A stretch of DNA of 64,000 bases from an uncultured Chloroflexia bacterium (GCA_963785845.1 CAWAWP010000003.1:479521-543520); one strand, 5' to 3'. Positions 45,027 through 55,880 are shown, counted from the stretch's first letter. A program made the numbers and translations. The notes: generated by a model not told the origin, from the letters alone.

Positions 45027-46004
45027 ATGTCACTGGCAAGAGCGATCGTACAACTCATCCAGGCGCTGCTCTGGGCGCTCGTTTCCGTAAGTCTGGTGAG
45101 CGGTGGCAGTGCGCGGGCCAGTTCGGAGAGGCCCTACCCGAAACAAGGACCGATCTCGCACGCGCTCCCCGACGCCGTTGGCGCCATCGCCTGTGAGCCG
45201 CTGCCGCAGGGCGCTCCGGACGACTACCTCACCTGCGCCTATATCGGCCCAAACGACGCGTCCATGACCTTCTATCTCTTCGTGCCAGCGCACTACGACG
45301 CGAGCGCGAGCTACCCGCTGACGCTGATCCTCCACGGCAGCGGCGAGCGGGCGGTTGCTGGGGAGACGGCTGCACAACAGCGCGCGGCGCTGCTAGACAA
45401 CGGGTACGTCGCGGTCTGGGGACCCGGATCGCCACCTGGCGAGGCAAGTATCCAGGCAACCTATCCGAGCTTCGTCGTCGCGCCGCAGATGCCGATGCCC
45501 GATGACTGGGTGAATACGACGGTGGCGCGTGGAAACTATGCGCTGCAGGCACAGCCCACGACAAATCTGTCGATGGCGATGGTGATCGTAGAGTTGCTGC
45601 AGAAGCAGTACACCGCCATCGACGTCAATCGCCGCTACATCACGGGCATCTCAATGGGAGCGTTCGGCGTATGGGACGCGATCGAGCGCTGGCCTGGCTA
45701 TTTCGCCGCGGCAGTGCCGGTAGCGGGCGCGGGTAGCCCGGCGCTGGCCTGGGATCTGAGAAACACACCCGTCTGGGCGTTCCAGGGCGCGAAAGACGTC
45801 AGCGTGCCGCCATCCAGTTCCAGGGAGATGGTGCTAGCGGTGCGCGACAGCGGTGGCTATGCATGTTATACTCTCATCCCGGATGCGCCGCACGCGATTT
45901 GGGACACAGTCTATGGGCTGGCGGGGAACCCGAATAATCCACTCTACCCGTGGCTCTTTACCCAACGCGAGTCCATCGCTCGCCCGCGGCACCTCAACTG
46001 CTGA
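45027..46004 (+). CDS. Secreted alpha/beta-hydrolase (esterase/peptidase)
   Basis: Signal peptide; LHGSGE, GISMG, GAKD, terminal His. Confidence 0.82.
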   Translation: MSLARAIVQLIQALLWALVSVSLVSGGSARASSERPYPKQGPISHALPDAVGAIACEPLPQGAPDDYLTCAYIGPNDASMTFYLFVPAHYDASASYPLTLILHGSGERAVAGETAAQQRAALLDNGYVAVWGPGSPPGEASIQATYPSFVVAPQMPMPDDWVNTTVARGNYALQAQPTTNLSMAMVIVELLQKQYTAIDVNRRYITGISMGAFGVWDAIERWPGYFAAAVPVAGAGSPALAWDLRNTPVWAFQGAKDVSVPPSSSREMVLAVRDSGGYACYTLIPDAPHAIWDTVYGLAGNPNNPLYPWLFTQRESIARPRHLNC

Positions 46005-46028
46005 CGATCTGCGCCTGCTAGCGTCGGA

Positions 46029-47120
46029 GTGTGCGGTACGGTGTTGACGAATCTCCTGTCTCGCCGGCCCACCTGGTACCGACGTGCCTCCTCGCGGCGT
46101 CTTGGCAGCGCGGTGATCAGCGCCCTGGTGCTGCTATTGTTGGTCACCTCGTCGGTGCTGACGAGCTCCAACTCGTTGTCGCTCCATGCGGCGGGGGCGG
46201 CCAGCGCCGCGCCACGTACGCCTTTGATCGGCGTGGTCGATGCGCCGCTGGCGAGCAGTGGCTGTGGGAAAGCGCCATCCATCACCCCTGGCACCTCCGC
46301 CTACGGCAGCCTCGTCTCCGGCGGCATCGAACGCACGTATCTCGCCCACCTGCCCTCCGGCTATCGCCCCACACGACGCTACCCTCTCGTGCTCAGCTTT
46401 CACGGCCACGGCAACACCGCGCCGCACGAGGAGCGCATATCAGGCTTCTCGACGCTCGCCGATCGCCTCAAGTTCATTGCCGTCTACCCGCAAGGCATCG
46501 TCGGCCCCGACATTCAGACCGGCTGGGCGAGCGGCGGGCCAAACAAGCCACGCGTCAACGACGTCCTCTTTGTCAGTGATCTCCTCACCACGCTCCAGCA
46601 CGCGTTCTGCATCGATCCGGTGCGCATCTACGCCACCGGCTTCTCCAATGGCGGCGGGTTGACCAGCGTGCTGGCGTGCCGTCTCTCCGGGCGCATCGCC
46701 GCCGTTGCCTCCGTCTCCGGCTCATATTTCACCCCCGACGGCGGCTGCCTCCCCGATCGTCCCGTGCCCTTTCTCGAGATGCACGGCACCGGTGATGGCA
46801 CGGTGCCCTACGCGGGCAATCCCAACACGCGACTGATCGGCGCGGCGCAGTGGATGCAGTCCTGGGCCGTGCGCGACGGCTGCGCCCGTGAGACGACGGC
46901 GACCCTCCCCGACGGCGTGACCGAGTTCGCCTGGTCCCACTGCGATGCCGGCGTGGAGGTCGTCCACTACCGCATCGACGGCGGCGTGCACGTCTGGCCG
47001 GGACACCATTTACGCACGGCGCAGATCGCGCTAGGCGACACCTCGCTCAATGCCTCCGCGCTGATCTGGGCATTCCTCGCCGCGCAGACGCTGACGGGTG
47101 AGACCAGCAGCACGTCCTAG
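46029..47120 (+). CDS. Secreted PHB-depolymerase/feruloyl esterase-like hydrolase
   Basis: SSGCG, FHGHG, GFSNG, HGTGD, GGVHVWP. Confidence 0.85.
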   Translation: MCGTVLTNLLSRRPTWYRRASSRRLGSAVISALVLLLLVTSSVLTSSNSLSLHAAGAASAAPRTPLIGVVDAPLASSGCGKAPSITPGTSAYGSLVSGGIERTYLAHLPSGYRPTRRYPLVLSFHGHGNTAPHEERISGFSTLADRLKFIAVYPQGIVGPDIQTGWASGGPNKPRVNDVLFVSDLLTTLQHAFCIDPVRIYATGFSNGGGLTSVLACRLSGRIAAVASVSGSYFTPDGGCLPDRPVPFLEMHGTGDGTVPYAGNPNTRLIGAAQWMQSWAVRDGCARETTATLPDGVTEFAWSHCDAGVEVVHYRIDGGVHVWPGHHLRTAQIALGDTSLNASALIWAFLAAQTLTGETSSTS

Positions 47121-47277
47121 CGCCAACGTACCAGCCGGTACTGCCGCGGAGTGCGGCTCGTCTCGGCTCGCCGTCGTCCGCCATTGCAGCGCCGAAGTGA
47201 CGCGAAGCGCGACGCGTGCCGCTGCCCAACGTCGCGCATCACAAGCCCGCAGCACCGCTGCTCTATCCTCGTTGCGC

Positions 47278-48483
47278 TCACGGCAGCGTCAGCAGTCCGA
47301 GTTTGACCTTCAGCGCGATGATGCGGTGCAGCGCCTCGTGCAGCCGCGCCTGCGGGATGCGACCAGACGCGACGGCCTGGGTCATGGCGTTCACCGTCGC
47401 CTCCAGGCGATCCTGCTCGATCGGCGCTTCGATGAGGTCATCGCCAGCGAGGAATGCGCGGACGCAGGCTTCGGCGACGCCCTGCGCCGGATCGGCGTAG
47501 CCCTGCTGCTGCATGAACTGGATCAACCCCTGCGCGTCCATCGCGTCGGTGACGACGACGCCCGCATACCCCAGATCCCCCCGCAGCACCTGCTGCACGA
47601 GCACAGGCGAGAGTGAGGCCGGTGCCTGATCGTCGTATGCCGGGACGATCACGTGCGTGACCATGATCATGTCCGGCGTGTGACCGAGCAGCGCCTTGAA
47701 TGAGGCGAAGTCGATGGCGTTGAGTTGGTCCCGCGTGTGATCCACCGTTGGGAGGACGTAGTCAGGGTTGCCGGAGGAGGCGCCGAGTCCCGGCCAGTGC
47801 TTCAGCGTGCCGCCGACGCCGTTCTGCTGCAGCCCGTCGAGGAAGGCCCCGGCGTACGTGGCGACGTCATCAGGCGTCGTACCAAAGGTGCGGCTCTGGT
47901 CAATACCACCCCCCTGGAAGACATCGGCGAGCGGCGCAAAGTCCACATTGAGGCCAAGTTCGCGCATATGCTGGGCGTCGGTCTGCGCTTGGGCGTACGC
48001 CTGCTGCGGATCGCCGGTGGCGGCGAGATCCTGCGGCGCGGGTGTCTGGCCGTAGTAGTACGAGAGGCGATCGACCTCGCCGCCTTCTTCATCGGTCGCC
48101 AGCAGCAGCGGCGTCTCCGCGTGCGCCTTGAGATCGCTGATCAGCTGCTTCATACCGTCGAGCGTCGCCGGCATCACCGGGCCGCCGTTGTAGTTGGTGA
48201 AGACGATCGCGCTGCCGATATGCCATTGGGTCAGCGCCTGGTCGAGATCGGCGTTATAACTGTCGGCGTAGACCGCCATCATCAGCGTCTGGCCAACCTG
48301 CTGCGCCGGCGTAAGCTTGGCGATGTAGGCGTCGATGCGTGCGTCGAGGCTCGCCGTCGCCGTACTGCTCGGCGACCCGCCGCCGCCGATCGTCACGCTA
48401 CAGCCCGCCAGCAGTGCCGAAAGCGTCAGCGCCAGCAGGAGACGGCGCACGGCGCTGGGCGCACGCCAATGGCGAATATGCAC
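47278..48483 (-). CDS. GH3 beta-N-acetylhexosaminidase-like lipoprotein
   Basis: Lipobox LAGC; DEEGG, FAPLAD, KHWPG, VVTDAM. Confidence 0.87.
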   Translation of the reverse strand: MHIRHWRAPSAVRRLLLALTLSALLAGCSVTIGGGGSPSSTATASLDARIDAYIAKLTPAQQVGQTLMMAVYADSYNADLDQALTQWHIGSAIVFTNYNGGPVMPATLDGMKQLISDLKAHAETPLLLATDEEGGEVDRLSYYYGQTPAPQDLAATGDPQQAYAQAQTDAQHMRELGLNVDFAPLADVFQGGGIDQSRTFGTTPDDVATYAGAFLDGLQQNGVGGTLKHWPGLGASSGNPDYVLPTVDHTRDQLNAIDFASFKALLGHTPDMIMVTHVIVPAYDDQAPASLSPVLVQQVLRGDLGYAGVVVTDAMDAQGLIQFMQQQGYADPAQGVAEACVRAFLAGDDLIEAPIEQDRLEATVNAMTQAVASGRIPQARLHEALHRIIALKVKLGLLTLP

Positions 48484-48631
48484 GGGCCCTCCGGTAGACC
48501 ACCACGAAAGACGAGCGGATGACACCTCAGTATGCGTCGCGCGCCGCCGCCATGTGTGTGACGCGCGAGACACTTTCCTCCAGGCTGTGCTACCAACCGC
48601 CAGGGCCACTGTGCTCGCCGCTCATGCGCGT

Positions 48632-50014
48632 CTACGGCGCAGCCACCACGCCCGTCGCGGCTTCCGCCAGTTGCAGCTCCGAGCGCGAGTGCGCCGCGCG
48701 CCGCAGCGAGAAGAATGGGCGCTCGATGATGAAGTACGAGGCCGAGCAATAGATCAGAATCGCTATCCACGCCTTGATCGACAGCCACAGGTAGCCATTT
48801 GGCGAGTCGTTGGGCATCGCCGCCGCGAGACTATTGATGATCGGTAGGTGCCAGACATAGATGCTGTACGAAATCACCCCGATATACCGCAGCGGCGCCA
48901 GCGCAAAGAACTGGCGCAGTATCCGTGGCCCCATCAGCACCGAGAACACCAGCAGCGCGAAGCAGACCCCCAGCACCCACGCGCCCAGGATCGTCCACGA
49001 CGGCCCCGCGACGCCAAAAATCCACGAATATTGATTGGTGTTGCTTGCCGTCCCCGGCGCTTGCGTCCCCCAGAAGACGCTCCCCGCGAGCCCGGCGATC
49101 GCCGCGACGAACGCGCACGTGCCAAGCACCGCCCCCCAGACGCGCGTGAGTCGGCCCCGCTCGACCCCGACGATATAGATCACGCTCAGCCCCATGCCCA
49201 GCGCGAACGTTTCGAGTTGCTTGCCCTGGACCCCCGAGACGATCCCGTAGAGGATGCCGAGTCCGTTCGGCGCGTCCAGCGGAAAGATGCCGTAGTGGAA
49301 CCACAGGATCGCGGTCAACGTGCGAATGCTCAGCCCCCACGCCACCAGCGCGCCCAGCGCCACGCCGATGCGCAGATAGAGCGCCCGGCCGCTGGTACGC
49401 CCCGCGAAGCGCCTGATCGCCCGCGCGATCCACGGCAACAGCAGGTAAAACTGCCACTCGATAGCCAGCGTCCAGAAGACGATGTTCACATTCTGGACGA
49501 GAGCCGTAGATGCGTGTGTCGTATCGTGCAGCAGCACACCCGCCAGCAGTAGCGACGGTATCTGCTCACCGTCAGATGTGACCGTGCCCGCAAAGAGCAG
49601 CAGAGTGCATAGCGCAAAGAGATAGAGCGGCAAAATGCGCAGCATCCTGCGCACGTAGAACTTCTTCGTCGAGGGCAGCGGCGCGCCGGAGAGGATCGCG
49701 CGCGCGAATGGCAGGAACAGCAGAAATCCCGAAAGCACAAAGAACAGGTCGACGCCGGAAAATCCCCAGTCCGCGATCCGCTCGAAAAAATCGGAGCCCA
49801 CGGGCCACTGCCGCGAGAGCGCCCGCGTGTTCACATGGTGCAAGACCACAAGCACGATGGCCAGCGCCCGCAGGCCGTCCACCGCGAGGATCTCGCGCGT
49901 CGCGCCGCTAGTCGGGACCAAGCGACTGATCGCCTTCAGTCGGCCACCAATGGAACGCGCGATCCCTCTGCTGCCCTGCTGTTCGACTGGCGCAACCACG
50001 CCAATGTCCATCAA
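48632..50014 (-). CDS. OafA-like acyltransferase-3
   Basis: DGLRALA, GVDLFFVLSGFL, RRMLRILPLY, WTLAIEWQFY, ISYSIYVWH. Confidence 0.92.
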   Translation of the reverse strand: MMDIGVVAPVEQQGSRGIARSIGGRLKAISRLVPTSGATREILAVDGLRALAIVLVVLHHVNTRALSRQWPVGSDFFERIADWGFSGVDLFFVLSGFLLFLPFARAILSGAPLPSTKKFYVRRMLRILPLYLFALCTLLLFAGTVTSDGEQIPSLLLAGVLLHDTTHASTALVQNVNIVFWTLAIEWQFYLLLPWIARAIRRFAGRTSGRALYLRIGVALGALVAWGLSIRTLTAILWFHYGIFPLDAPNGLGILYGIVSGVQGKQLETFALGMGLSVIYIVGVERGRLTRVWGAVLGTCAFVAAIAGLAGSVFWGTQAPGTASNTNQYSWIFGVAGPSWTILGAWVLGVCFALLVFSVLMGPRILRQFFALAPLRYIGVISYSIYVWHLPIINSLAAAMPNDSPNGYLWLSIKAWIAILIYCSASYFIIERPFFSLRRAAHSRSELQLAEAATGVVAAP

Positions 50015-50243
50015 GATGCTCCTGCGAGTCGAGCGGCGTGGTGCTGAACGCGCTGCGCCAACGAAGAAAATGCCTGGCCGTAGTCGCCGCCACGCGATCT
50101 ACACACGCGCGATGCGCCACATTCTTGCGGGGCACATGTATAAACCGCCGAACAGTGATACTATCGGACGATGAATGACCCTGTCAACGCGATCGGCGCA
50201 TGCGGGCATGCTGGCCCGCAACGCACATTCCCATGCCGCCCGC

Positions 50244-51077
50244 TTATGCCGGCGCGTACGCGGCGACGAGCATGCCGAAATACGTCGGTCGCTCGTAACT
50301 GAGGATCTCGCCGCGCATCGGCACGCGCTCCAACGCCCCGGCGAGCACGAGCATCTGCCAGAGCGCGTCGGGGCAGGCGCGGCGCACGATCTCCATATCG
50401 GCGTGCCGTAGCCGTTGCAGATCATTATCACGCACGGCATCGAGCATCCACTCGTCGAACTGTGCCGCGGCGGGATCGAACCCGTAGGGGCCATCCGCCG
50501 CGTGGGCATGCGACTGATCGGCGCTGGCGACCAGCGCAACGCGGCGCCCACTCCCCTCGGCGGCCTCCGCGACGACACGACCAAACGCCACCAGCGCGTC
50601 GAGCGGCAGCAGCCGCGACGGCACGACGATCACCGTCTTCGGCGGATCGGCCTGGCGCGCGCCGAGAAAGTGCAGCGGAATCACCGCCCCCCAGTCAAGC
50701 GGATAGCAGTCGGCATCGCCGCTCGTCGCCCCGTAATGCACCATCGCCACTGGGACGCCGGCGGCGGACGCGCCCGTCTGGAGCGCCAGGGCAAGTTCTC
50801 GATCCACGGCAAGATCGACGCCAGCGGAGAAAGCTGCGCGCCCCTCAGATGCCGGCTCGTCAACCGTCCCGGCGGCGCGCTCCGCGAGCGAGATCGCCAG
50901 TGCGCCGTCCACCCGGATGCCATGCGGCGTCACCACCACAACGGTCTCGGGCCGCGCCGCTGCCATCCGTCGGCCAACTTCCTCCATCGCCGCCGTGGTC
51001 CGCGCGCACTGCTCCGCGCCCTCCAGACCGGGGATGATGCCGCCATGCGGCGCGACACAGGCGAAATCAAGTGTCAT
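50244..51077 (-). CDS. LigB/MEMO-like extradiol dioxygenase family protein
   Basis: APHG, TPHG, LDWG, ASADQSH, YFG. Confidence 0.82.
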   Translation of the reverse strand: MTLDFACVAPHGGIIPGLEGAEQCARTTAAMEEVGRRMAAARPETVVVVTPHGIRVDGALAISLAERAAGTVDEPASEGRAAFSAGVDLAVDRELALALQTGASAAGVPVAMVHYGATSGDADCYPLDWGAVIPLHFLGARQADPPKTVIVVPSRLLPLDALVAFGRVVAEAAEGSGRRVALVASADQSHAHAADGPYGFDPAAAQFDEWMLDAVRDNDLQRLRHADMEIVRRACPDALWQMLVLAGALERVPMRGEILSYERPTYFGMLVAAYAPA

Positions 51078-51181
51078 GGCTGGCCTCCATGTGACGGCGG
51101 AGACAACGTCTGGCGAGATCATACTATCATCGGCGGATGGGCGCATGCGCGCCGAGTCCGACCGTGTGAACGGAGGCGGCG

Positions 51182-52311
51182 ATGGACGACGTGATCGTAA
51201 TTGGCGGCGGCATCGTCGGTGCCAGTGCCGCGTACGCGCTGGCGCGTGAGGGCCTCCGCGTAACGCTGGTGGACGCCGAGGAGGCGGGTCAGGCGACGGC
51301 GGCGGGCGCTGGCATCATCGCGCCCGGTACCACGTTTCGTTCCCCGCGCGGGGTTCTACCCGCTGGCCTTTGCCGCCGTCGACTACTACCCCGCCCTGCT
51401 CGACCTGCTGGCGGAGGATGGCGAGACCGACAGTGGATTCGCCGTCGTCGGCCTGCTCCACGTCGCCACCACCGAAGCCGAGGCCAGCGCGCTAGCGCCG
51501 TTGTTGCGGCTGCTCGAAGAGCGGCGCGCGGCGGGCGTGGCGTATCTCGGCGAGGTCTCGCTGATCACGGGCGACGAGGCGCGCGCACGCTTCCCCGCTC
51601 TGGGCTCCGTGGTCAGCGCCATCTACGCCTCAGGCGCCGCGCGGGTAGACGGGCGGCTGCTAAGGGACGCGCTGCGTCGCGCCGCCACACTTCGCGGAGC
51701 GCGCATGCTCGCGGGCCGTGCCGAAGTGACCAGGGCGGCGAACGACGGCGTGGAGGTCGTTATAGATGGCGAACGTCACGAGGCCGGCGGCGTGATCCTC
51801 GCCGGAGGCGCCTGGTCCGAGCGAGCGGTGGCGGCGCTCGACCTGCGCATCCCCGTCTATCCGCAGCGTGGGCAGATTCTCCACCTCGATCTCCCCGACG
51901 CCGAGACCGGCGCATGGCCGATCGTCATGGGCTTCCACGCCCACTACCTGCTGGCTTTCGCGCCGCACCGCGTGGTCGCCGGTGCCACACGCGAGGATCG
52001 CCCCGGCTTCGATCCCCGCGCGACGGCGGGCGGCAGTCGCCGAAGCGCTCGGCGAGGCTCTGCGTCTGGCCCCCGGACTCGCCAGCGCGACCCTGCGTGA
52101 GGTCCGCGTCGGGCTGCGACCTGCCAGCCCCGATGGACTACCGCTACTCGGACGCGCGCCCGGCCACGACAACGTCATCATCGCCACGGGCCACGGCGCC
52201 AACGGCCTCCAACTCGGCCCCTACTCCGGCCTGCTCGCGGCGCATCTGCTGTTAGGGCGCGCGGCTCCGCTCGATCTCGCCGCCTTCGCGCCGCAACGCT
52301 TCCACCGCTAG
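51182..52311 (+). CDS. FAD-dependent oxidoreductase (DadA/ThiO-like), with two frameshifts near 51345 and 52030
   Basis: GGGIVG, GQATAAGAG, GAW, PQRGQ, GLRPASPDG, TGHGANGL distributed over different frames. Confidence 0.82.
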
Positions 52312-52328
52312 CAAATCCCACCTCGCCC

Positions 52329-52358
52329 TTGACATGTGACCATATAGTCACATATAAT
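52329..52358 (+). promoter_or_regulatory. Sigma70 promoter with palindromic operator; leaderless transcript likely
   Basis: TTGACA-N18-TATAAT; the spacer is TGTGAC-CATATA-GTCACA; ATG lies 7 nt after the -10. Confidence 0.85.
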
Positions 52359-52365
52359 CCGCGAC

Positions 52366-53136
52366 ATGGACGATGTCTTCAAGGCGCTAGCCGACCCGAC
52401 CCGCCGCGGCATACTCGACGAACTGTATCAGCGCGACGGCCAAACCCTCAGCGAGCTGGAGGGCCGCCTGCCGATGACGCGATTCGGCGTCATGAAGCAC
52501 CTGCGCGTCCTCGAAGAAGCCGGCCTGGTGGTCACCAAACGCCGCGGGCGCGAAAAGCTGCACTTCCTCAACACCGTCCCGATCCGGCTCATCCACGACC
52601 GCTGGGTGAGCAAGTTCGCCGCGCCGTGGGCCGCGACGCTCACCGGCCTCAAGCAACATCTCGAGGAGCGACCGATGGAGAAAGTGTTCGAGATCTACAT
52701 CAAGACGACCCCGGAGCGGCTCTGGCACGCCATCACCGACGACCAACAGCGCCGCGCCTACTGGTTCGGCGTCGGCGTCACCTCAGAGTGGAGCGTCGGC
52801 TCCTCCTATGTGGCCGGCAGCCCTATGTCACCCACGCCAATTTTTCAGGGCGAGAATCTGGAGGTTGATCCACCGCATCGTCTCGTCCAGAGCTTCAACG
52901 CCCTCTGGAGCGACGAAGTCCGCAACGCCGGAACCTCTCGCGTCACCTGGCAGATCGAGCCGATAGGCGACTCGTGTAAGCTCACTGTCACCCACGATCA
53001 ACTCCCCGAAGGCGCCAACGAGCAGGTCTATGGTGGCTGGCCACAGGTCCTCTCTGGCCTCAAGACCCTCCTCGAAACCGGCGAGATGCTCACCACACCC
53101 GGCTCGCTGATGTATACCCGTCCCGCGGCTGGCTAA
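52366..53136 (+). CDS. ArsR-family regulator fused to an SRPBCC domain
   Basis: VFKALADPTRR..KHLRVLEEAGLV; IYIKTTPERLW..GWPQVLSGLKTLLETG. Confidence 0.92.
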   Translation: MDDVFKALADPTRRGILDELYQRDGQTLSELEGRLPMTRFGVMKHLRVLEEAGLVVTKRRGREKLHFLNTVPIRLIHDRWVSKFAAPWAATLTGLKQHLEERPMEKVFEIYIKTTPERLWHAITDDQQRRAYWFGVGVTSEWSVGSSYVAGSPMSPTPIFQGENLEVDPPHRLVQSFNALWSDEVRNAGTSRVTWQIEPIGDSCKLTVTHDQLPEGANEQVYGGWPQVLSGLKTLLETGEMLTTPGSLMYTRPAAG

Positions 53137-53258
53137 CGCCGCACCCCGCCGTGGTGTCTCGCTGGCGTCTCACCGTGAGCGAGCCCGCGGCGCACCGGCG
53201 GACCGGCGACCTCCTCGCCGAACCCGATACGCCCCACGAACTCTGCGCTCCCGTCTCC

Positions 53259-53460
53259 TTGCGCTCTCCCAATGCGTGTGGTATAAAACATATGTTCTAT
53301 GTCTCGCGCTTATATGCCGCCTTGTTGCTGTTCACACCCCTCGCCGGAAAATGCAACAACTTCCGCTTTCCGCAGCATCAACCGCTGACCCGCCGAAATC
53401 GGCTTGAATTCACAGGAGGAAGTGCATACATCGACGAAAAAGCGGAAGAAAACGGAAATT
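53259..53460 (+). ncRNA. Candidate SOS-regulated dispersed structured element, copy C
   Basis: TTGCGC-N17-TATAAA with AAACATATGTTC 53286-53297; CTTCCGCTTTCCGC 53360-53373; core motif 53431-53460. Confidence 0.45.
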
Positions 53461-53861
53461 GTCTCCGCGGAAAGTGTGACGTACCGAGCCACACCAATGC
53501 CTGTTGAGGTAGTGGCCATCGCCTCTCCCGTCTCCCGCCCCCGCGTAACGCCGAAGCGCTGCCAGCCAGTCCCCTCCCACCACTGCCGAGCACGGTCTCG
53601 CCTCCGCACCACCACCGACCTCCACCCCATAGGACTTTCCCCCGACCTGTTGACGACATAACATAGATGTTGTTGTCTACAGGCCAGCGTCTCTCGTGCC
53701 TTCGGTCACGACGGCGCCCGCTAGCTACTCGTCGAAATGGTGCTTCCAGCGATTCCCGCCCGCTGTCGTCGTGGCTCCCACGGAGTCGCCTTCACCACAC
53801 CCACGCAGCACGACGGCGTTTCAGCGCGGCTCTGGCAGCGATAGAATGAGGCGAACGACCT

Positions 53862-55880
53862 ATGGCACAGCGAGATCAGCGTACGGATTCTGCCCAGCGA
53901 GCGGCTCCAGTCGCGGCCAGCCACAGAACCGCCCGCCCTCAGCCGCGCGAACCGCGTCGCGCGCTGCGGCGCCTCCGTGGGAGCCAACGCTTCCTGCCTG
54001 TGCTGGTCGTCGTCGCCATCGTCTCCACCTTCGGGCTGGCGTCCATCACCTACATCGCCGCCCGCGCCAACGCCTCCGCACAAGCGCAGACCGAGGCGCT
54101 GCGCGACGCCCAGGTTGCCCGCCAACTCGTCGCCGATCAGGGACCCGGCCTCACGCTGAGCAACGACCAGCTCGTCGTCGGCGCCGATAACTCCGTCTAC
54201 ACCCTCAACGGCGAAACCACGCTCGTCGACCGCACCCGCGCCCTCACCGGCGATTACGCCACCATCTACCAGCTCGAAGGCTCGCGTCTGATCGCCGTCG
54301 CCTCCAATCTGCCTTCCGGCGCATCAGGGCGCGCTCTAGGCGACTCGCTCGGCGGTTCGGCCTTCACCGCGTTGGTGGGGAATTGCGGTGCGGTGGATTC
54401 GCAGTCGTGCCATCAGGCCTACTCAGGCCAGCTGACGCTCCACGGCACGGACTATGTAGTTGGCGTGCAGCCCCTCTTCGACGCCACCGGCGCCTTTGTC
54501 GGCGCGCTCGGTGCTGCCCAGCCCCTGAGCGCCGTGCTGGCCCCGGTAAATCAGTTCGCCGTCGTCCTGCTGCTCGTCGGGCTACTGCTCTCCTTCCTCT
54601 GCATCATCGGCGGTCACTGGCTGTTCGGCTCGCGCTCCGAACGCATGCTCGCCATGATCGACGCCCGACTTGATGCCGTGGCCGAGGCCGCCACAGACCT
54701 TGAACGCCTGGCGCAGGCGCAGATCGTGCGTGCCACTGGGCGGGGACGCGCCGCCCGCGAATTGCACGAGCATACGCATGCGCTCGACACACTGGCGGCA
54801 GCGATGGAAGAAGGGCAGGCGAGCCTCCGCGAGTCTGCCGGCGGCATCTGGAACGAGATGTCGCAGCCAGGGGCGGCGCCCGATCCACGCGCTGCCATCC
54901 GCTGGGCGCGCGAATCGGCTGTAGTCTCGTCGCGCGTCGGCACAGCCGCCGAGCGTGCGCGCGATGTCTGCCGCCAGCTCGGCGCCCTGATGAACCACAT
55001 CGTCGCCGAGAACAACGTGGCGACCGACGCGGGCCGCGAGATGCAGTTTCACGCCCGCGAGCTGCGCCGCTCCGTTGAGGGCGTCGAGTCCGCTCTTGGT
55101 GAGCGCCTGATCGCTCGCCCGCAAGACGCCCCCGCCTCGCCGTTGGTCCGGCGCATGCGGCGCTGGCTCCCCTCGCATGCCAACGAGCGCCCATCCACCG
55201 CCGGCAACGTGACCACCAAAGCGCCCCAGAAGCCGCCGAGCAACGGCCACACAGGGCAGCGTCCCGCCGCTGGGCGCGGCCAGCAAAGCTCCGAGCCGCT
55301 GGTGAGCGAGAGCCTCTGGGTCGGCAAAGGCAGCCGCACGCCGACCGGAGAGCAAGGCGTCCCGCGTCTCGGCGACCTGTCGGGCCAAGCGCCGCGCCCA
55401 GCATCACAGCCGCAACGGCCAGGCGCCACCGGCGAATATCCGCGTCCTGGAAGCTGGAAGCCGGGGCAGTCAGGGTTGTGGGGCCAAGCGCCGTCCTCTG
55501 GCTCCACGCCGCGCACCGGCCAGTCGCCGCGCCTGCCCAAATTCCCCTCAACACCCTCTATGTGGACCGGGGACTTTCCGGCGGCGCCAGGGCCTCTGCG
55601 CCAGCCGCCAACCCTCGGTGCGGGCCGCGACCAGTCGGCGCATGGCCCAGTTGGCCCGTTCAGCTCGACCGGGCATCAAGACACCTTCCAGTGGCACCCG
55701 CCGTCAGCGCCGCGGACCCCCGATCGCGTGCAAGGCACCACCCCGACACCATCCAGCAGCCAGCCGGACGACTCGCAGGCTTGGCCCTGGTTCGACACGG
55801 GCAGCGTCGCCTTCGACTCGAACGAACATCCCCGCCGCGATCCCGGCCTTGGCCCCGGCCCACGCTGGCCCGAAGAGTGA
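53862..55880 (+). CDS. Membrane sensor-like protein (TM-Cache-like domain-TM, coiled coil, Pro-rich tail)
   Basis: LVDRT..ATIYQ..YSGQ..PLFDATG resembles a Cache-type domain; no recognisable output domain. Confidence 0.7.
   Translation: MAQRDQRTDSAQRAAPVAASHRTARPQPREPRRALRRLRGSQRFLPVLVVVAIVSTFGLASITYIAARANASAQAQTEALRDAQVARQLVADQGPGLTLSNDQLVVGADNSVYTLNGETTLVDRTRALTGDYATIYQLEGSRLIAVASNLPSGASGRALGDSLGGSAFTALVGNCGAVDSQSCHQAYSGQLTLHGTDYVVGVQPLFDATGAFVGALGAAQPLSAVLAPVNQFAVVLLLVGLLLSFLCIIGGHWLFGSRSERMLAMIDARLDAVAEAATDLERLAQAQIVRATGRGRAARELHEHTHALDTLAAAMEEGQASLRESAGGIWNEMSQPGAAPDPRAAIRWARESAVVSSRVGTAAERARDVCRQLGALMNHIVAENNVATDAGREMQFHARELRRSVEGVESALGERLIARPQDAPASPLVRRMRRWLPSHANERPSTAGNVTTKAPQKPPSNGHTGQRPAAGRGQQSSEPLVSESLWVGKGSRTPTGEQGVPRLGDLSGQAPRPASQPQRPGATGEYPRPGSWKPGQSGLWGQAPSSGSTPRTGQSPRLPKFPSTPSMWTGDFPAAPGPLRQPPTLGAGRDQSAHGPVGPFSSTGHQDTFQWHPPSAPRTPDRVQGTTPTPSSSQPDDSQAWPWFDTGSVAFDSNEHPRRDPGLGPGPRWPEE

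Noticed and set aside
47755-47805. GH3 lacks the NagZ D-S-H dyad (KHWPGLG..NPD)
   Set aside because: Similar variants occur among actinobacterial-type GH3 proteins, so it is not clearly novel.
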